From assembly GCA_010093815.1 (NCBI GenBank), contig ML996575.1: DNA of 64,000 nucleotides. The stretch is one strand, 5' to 3'. Both the position numbers and the translations under genes were made by a program. A model generated the notes under the pieces. That model was not told where the DNA came from. It made no database searches and was given only the letters and a program-made list of their open reading frames with translations. This DNA comes from Pseudovirgaria hyperparasitica (Eukaryota). Of this stretch, positions 61,816 through 64,000 are shown in pieces; position 1 is the stretch's first letter, and each line of letters starts with the position of its first letter.

Positions 61816-64000
61816 TCATCGATACCCACGCCTGCGACGCCTCGTCCTCGCTCTCTTCTTAGCCGCTTCCTTGGCCGCCAACGCCGCCGCATCTTCATCC
61901 ACTTCTTCGTCTGCGTCCTCATCCCCATCATCGCCATCACCACCATCAGAGTCGTCGCCGTCGGGGCCCAGGTTCTTGATCTCGTCTTCGCCGAGCTCGC
62001 TCAGATCGCTGAGGACAGAGCTCAGCACGCTTGCCTCGCGCTTGGGTTGCGCGTGCGGAACGGCCAGGGAGGAGGCGTCTGCGGCGTGGGTTGATGGGCT
62101 CGGGGGTTCGTCTTCGGGCATGTAGAGGGTGGTGCCGGATGGTGAGAAGGGTGCTGCGTACCAGGGTATGCCGCCGTGGGTGAGGATTCTGAGGTCGTCT
62201 GGTTCTGCGTCTGTTTTGTTGTGTGAGGACCCATGGGCGTGAGTAGGAGGACCGGTGGATGTTGAGGGGTGTGTTGAGCCTGAGGCGGATAGGGAGGGTA
62301 CAGAGCCGTCTGAGCCAGTCGATGCGGCAGGATCGCCGCCGGCCATGATGGTGTCGAGGTGCTGTTCGGCGGCGATATTGTTGTTGGGGGTCGGGATGGT
62401 CTCCTCGGTCTCGCCAAGTTGGAGACGGATTACCGCTTCGTCGGTCGTCTCGTCGTGCTCAGCGTCAGGGTCGTGCATATGACCATTCGCGTGGTTTTTA
62501 GAGATCCCGTTGGCGAGAATACCATGTTCGGATCCACGCACACCCTTAGGTTCATGTGCTGCCTCGTTGATTATTTGGTCGACTTCCATCTCTTCACCCT
62601 CACTATCAATGTCCATGTCTGCAGCATCATTATTGACCTCGACCGCCACTTCACGAGCGGCTTGTTGCACTTCCGGCGGTCGAGTCATAGCAATCAACGC
62701 CGCAAGGTCTGGAAAGTCTTTTCGGTTCCGCACAATGTCTGATTCTTTCCGCGTAACATCGTCCAGCGGCCCCTGGATAGCCTTGATAATGCGCTTGGCC
62801 ACGGCCTTTCTCTGCTTTTCCTCCAACGTCAAGGGCCCATCAGCGCCGGGATTGAGTGCGGTGCGGAAGACGTTTGCCAGATCGGGAGTGAAGTCGGCTA
62901 CTGTCACGTAGTGACGGCGGTCCATATTCTCCCGGATCTGGTTCAGGCCGTCAGCAAACATGTCTTTACCGTCCATTTGCTGGGCTTTCGCCAAGATAGG
63001 CTCGAGTAAAGGCTGGATGGGGAAGGTTATTAGATCTACCAGTTCCAGTTGCAGTCTCGCATCGAACAGGTTCTTGTCCTCGCGCTCCTTCACTGCCTTC
63101 ACCATCGGTACCAGATGCGCCATGTCTTTCTCGAGAGCTTCAGCAAACTCGATTCGGCGTTGCAGGCGAGGTCCACCGGCTGCGCCCATGCCTGCAAAAT
63201 TTCGCCGTGTGATTTCCATCGAAGAGAACTGCTCCATCTGCAGCTGAAGTCGTTTCAGAAGAGAGGCGCCACGTCGAGCCTCACGTTTCAAGGTCCAGTA
63301 CTTGCAGGCTTCGGCGACAAACTCCTTTCGCCTGCGTGGATTGAAGCGTTGAAGCGCAGTCTCCACGTTATTGAAGACCACTTGGGGTACGACTGGCGCC
63401 CCTGACGGCAGCCGCCACACTTGCTTCTGCGGTACTCCTCGCTTCTTGTTCTGTCCTGTCTCAGGCTCGTCGGCGCCATCATTATGCTGCTGAGTTCGTG
63501 AGGGACCCTGTGCCAGTGCGGCTGCCTGACTGTCTGCCCATCTTCGACCTCTCATCTCCCGGCGATAGAAAGCCACTGCTTCCTCGTAGGCCCATTCAAC
63601 ATCATTGTCTCGTCTCCACTCTGACGTCACGTGTCTGTGACAGAACGCCTTCAACACACTCGCATCCTGTATGCCTGTGCTATGGGCTGACTTCATCTTC
63701 AAGTACAGTCGCGCGCGTCTGGCGCAGGTAACATGAAAGGCTGCGTAACAATTCTTGTTGCCACACTGAATACATGCTCCCATCTTCTGTTGACAGATAT
63801 AACATTGCTACCACGTCATCAGTTTACCGGCACCAGTGAGGAGACATGGACAAGACTCACAAGCTTCCAACGTTGTTTCTGTACCTTCTCAACATCCATG
63901 ACTGGCTCCATGAATGTCGTGTTACCCAGTGAGACTTCTGGTATCCAAATCGCACAGAGAAGATGTGACCATCTCATGTTATTGGTTTGTTTAAACGCGC
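61816..64000 (-). CDS. NTO1: PHD/PZP-finger protein Nto1/BRPF-like (NuA3 histone acetyltransferase scaffold), 3' portion
   Basis: WSHLLCAIWIPEVSLGN, CYICQQKMGACIQCGNKNCYAAFHVTCAR, CKYWTLKREARRGASLLKRLQ. The gene continues beyond the right edge. Confidence 0.88.

Overview
Eukaryotic, intron-containing DNA from a filamentous ascomycete (Pezizomycotina; the organism cannot be fixed from this window). It holds about 16 protein-coding genes. The housekeeping or conserved genes are a Tho1/SARNP-like SAP protein, a P450, a COL-26/BglR-type Zn2Cys6 regulator, a cytochrome b561-domain protein, DUF3431, an RRM protein, glycerol kinase, an aquaglyceroporin and a partial Nto1/BRPF PHD protein. The most interesting region is an accessory block at ~24.8-36.6 kb. 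It contains a short intronless adenylate-type isopentenyltransferase (IPT) and a separate LONELY GUY (LOG) gene in tandem, next to a CYP65-like P450, a Baeyer-Villiger monooxygenase and an SDR. This looks like a de novo cytokinin biosynthesis cluster with unfused IPT/LOG and an unusual tailoring set. An orphan protein resembling the Vip3 toxin N-terminal domain flanks it. An 11.7-kb RIP-mutated nested transposon island (45.0-56.7 kb) lies between the divergent glycerol kinase and aquaglyceroporin genes. It is a two-gene DD34E DNA transposon with 117-bp TIRs, interrupted by a full-length chromovirus-type Gypsy LTR element. Exon boundaries were read by eye, and family calls rest on motif recognition, not database searches.
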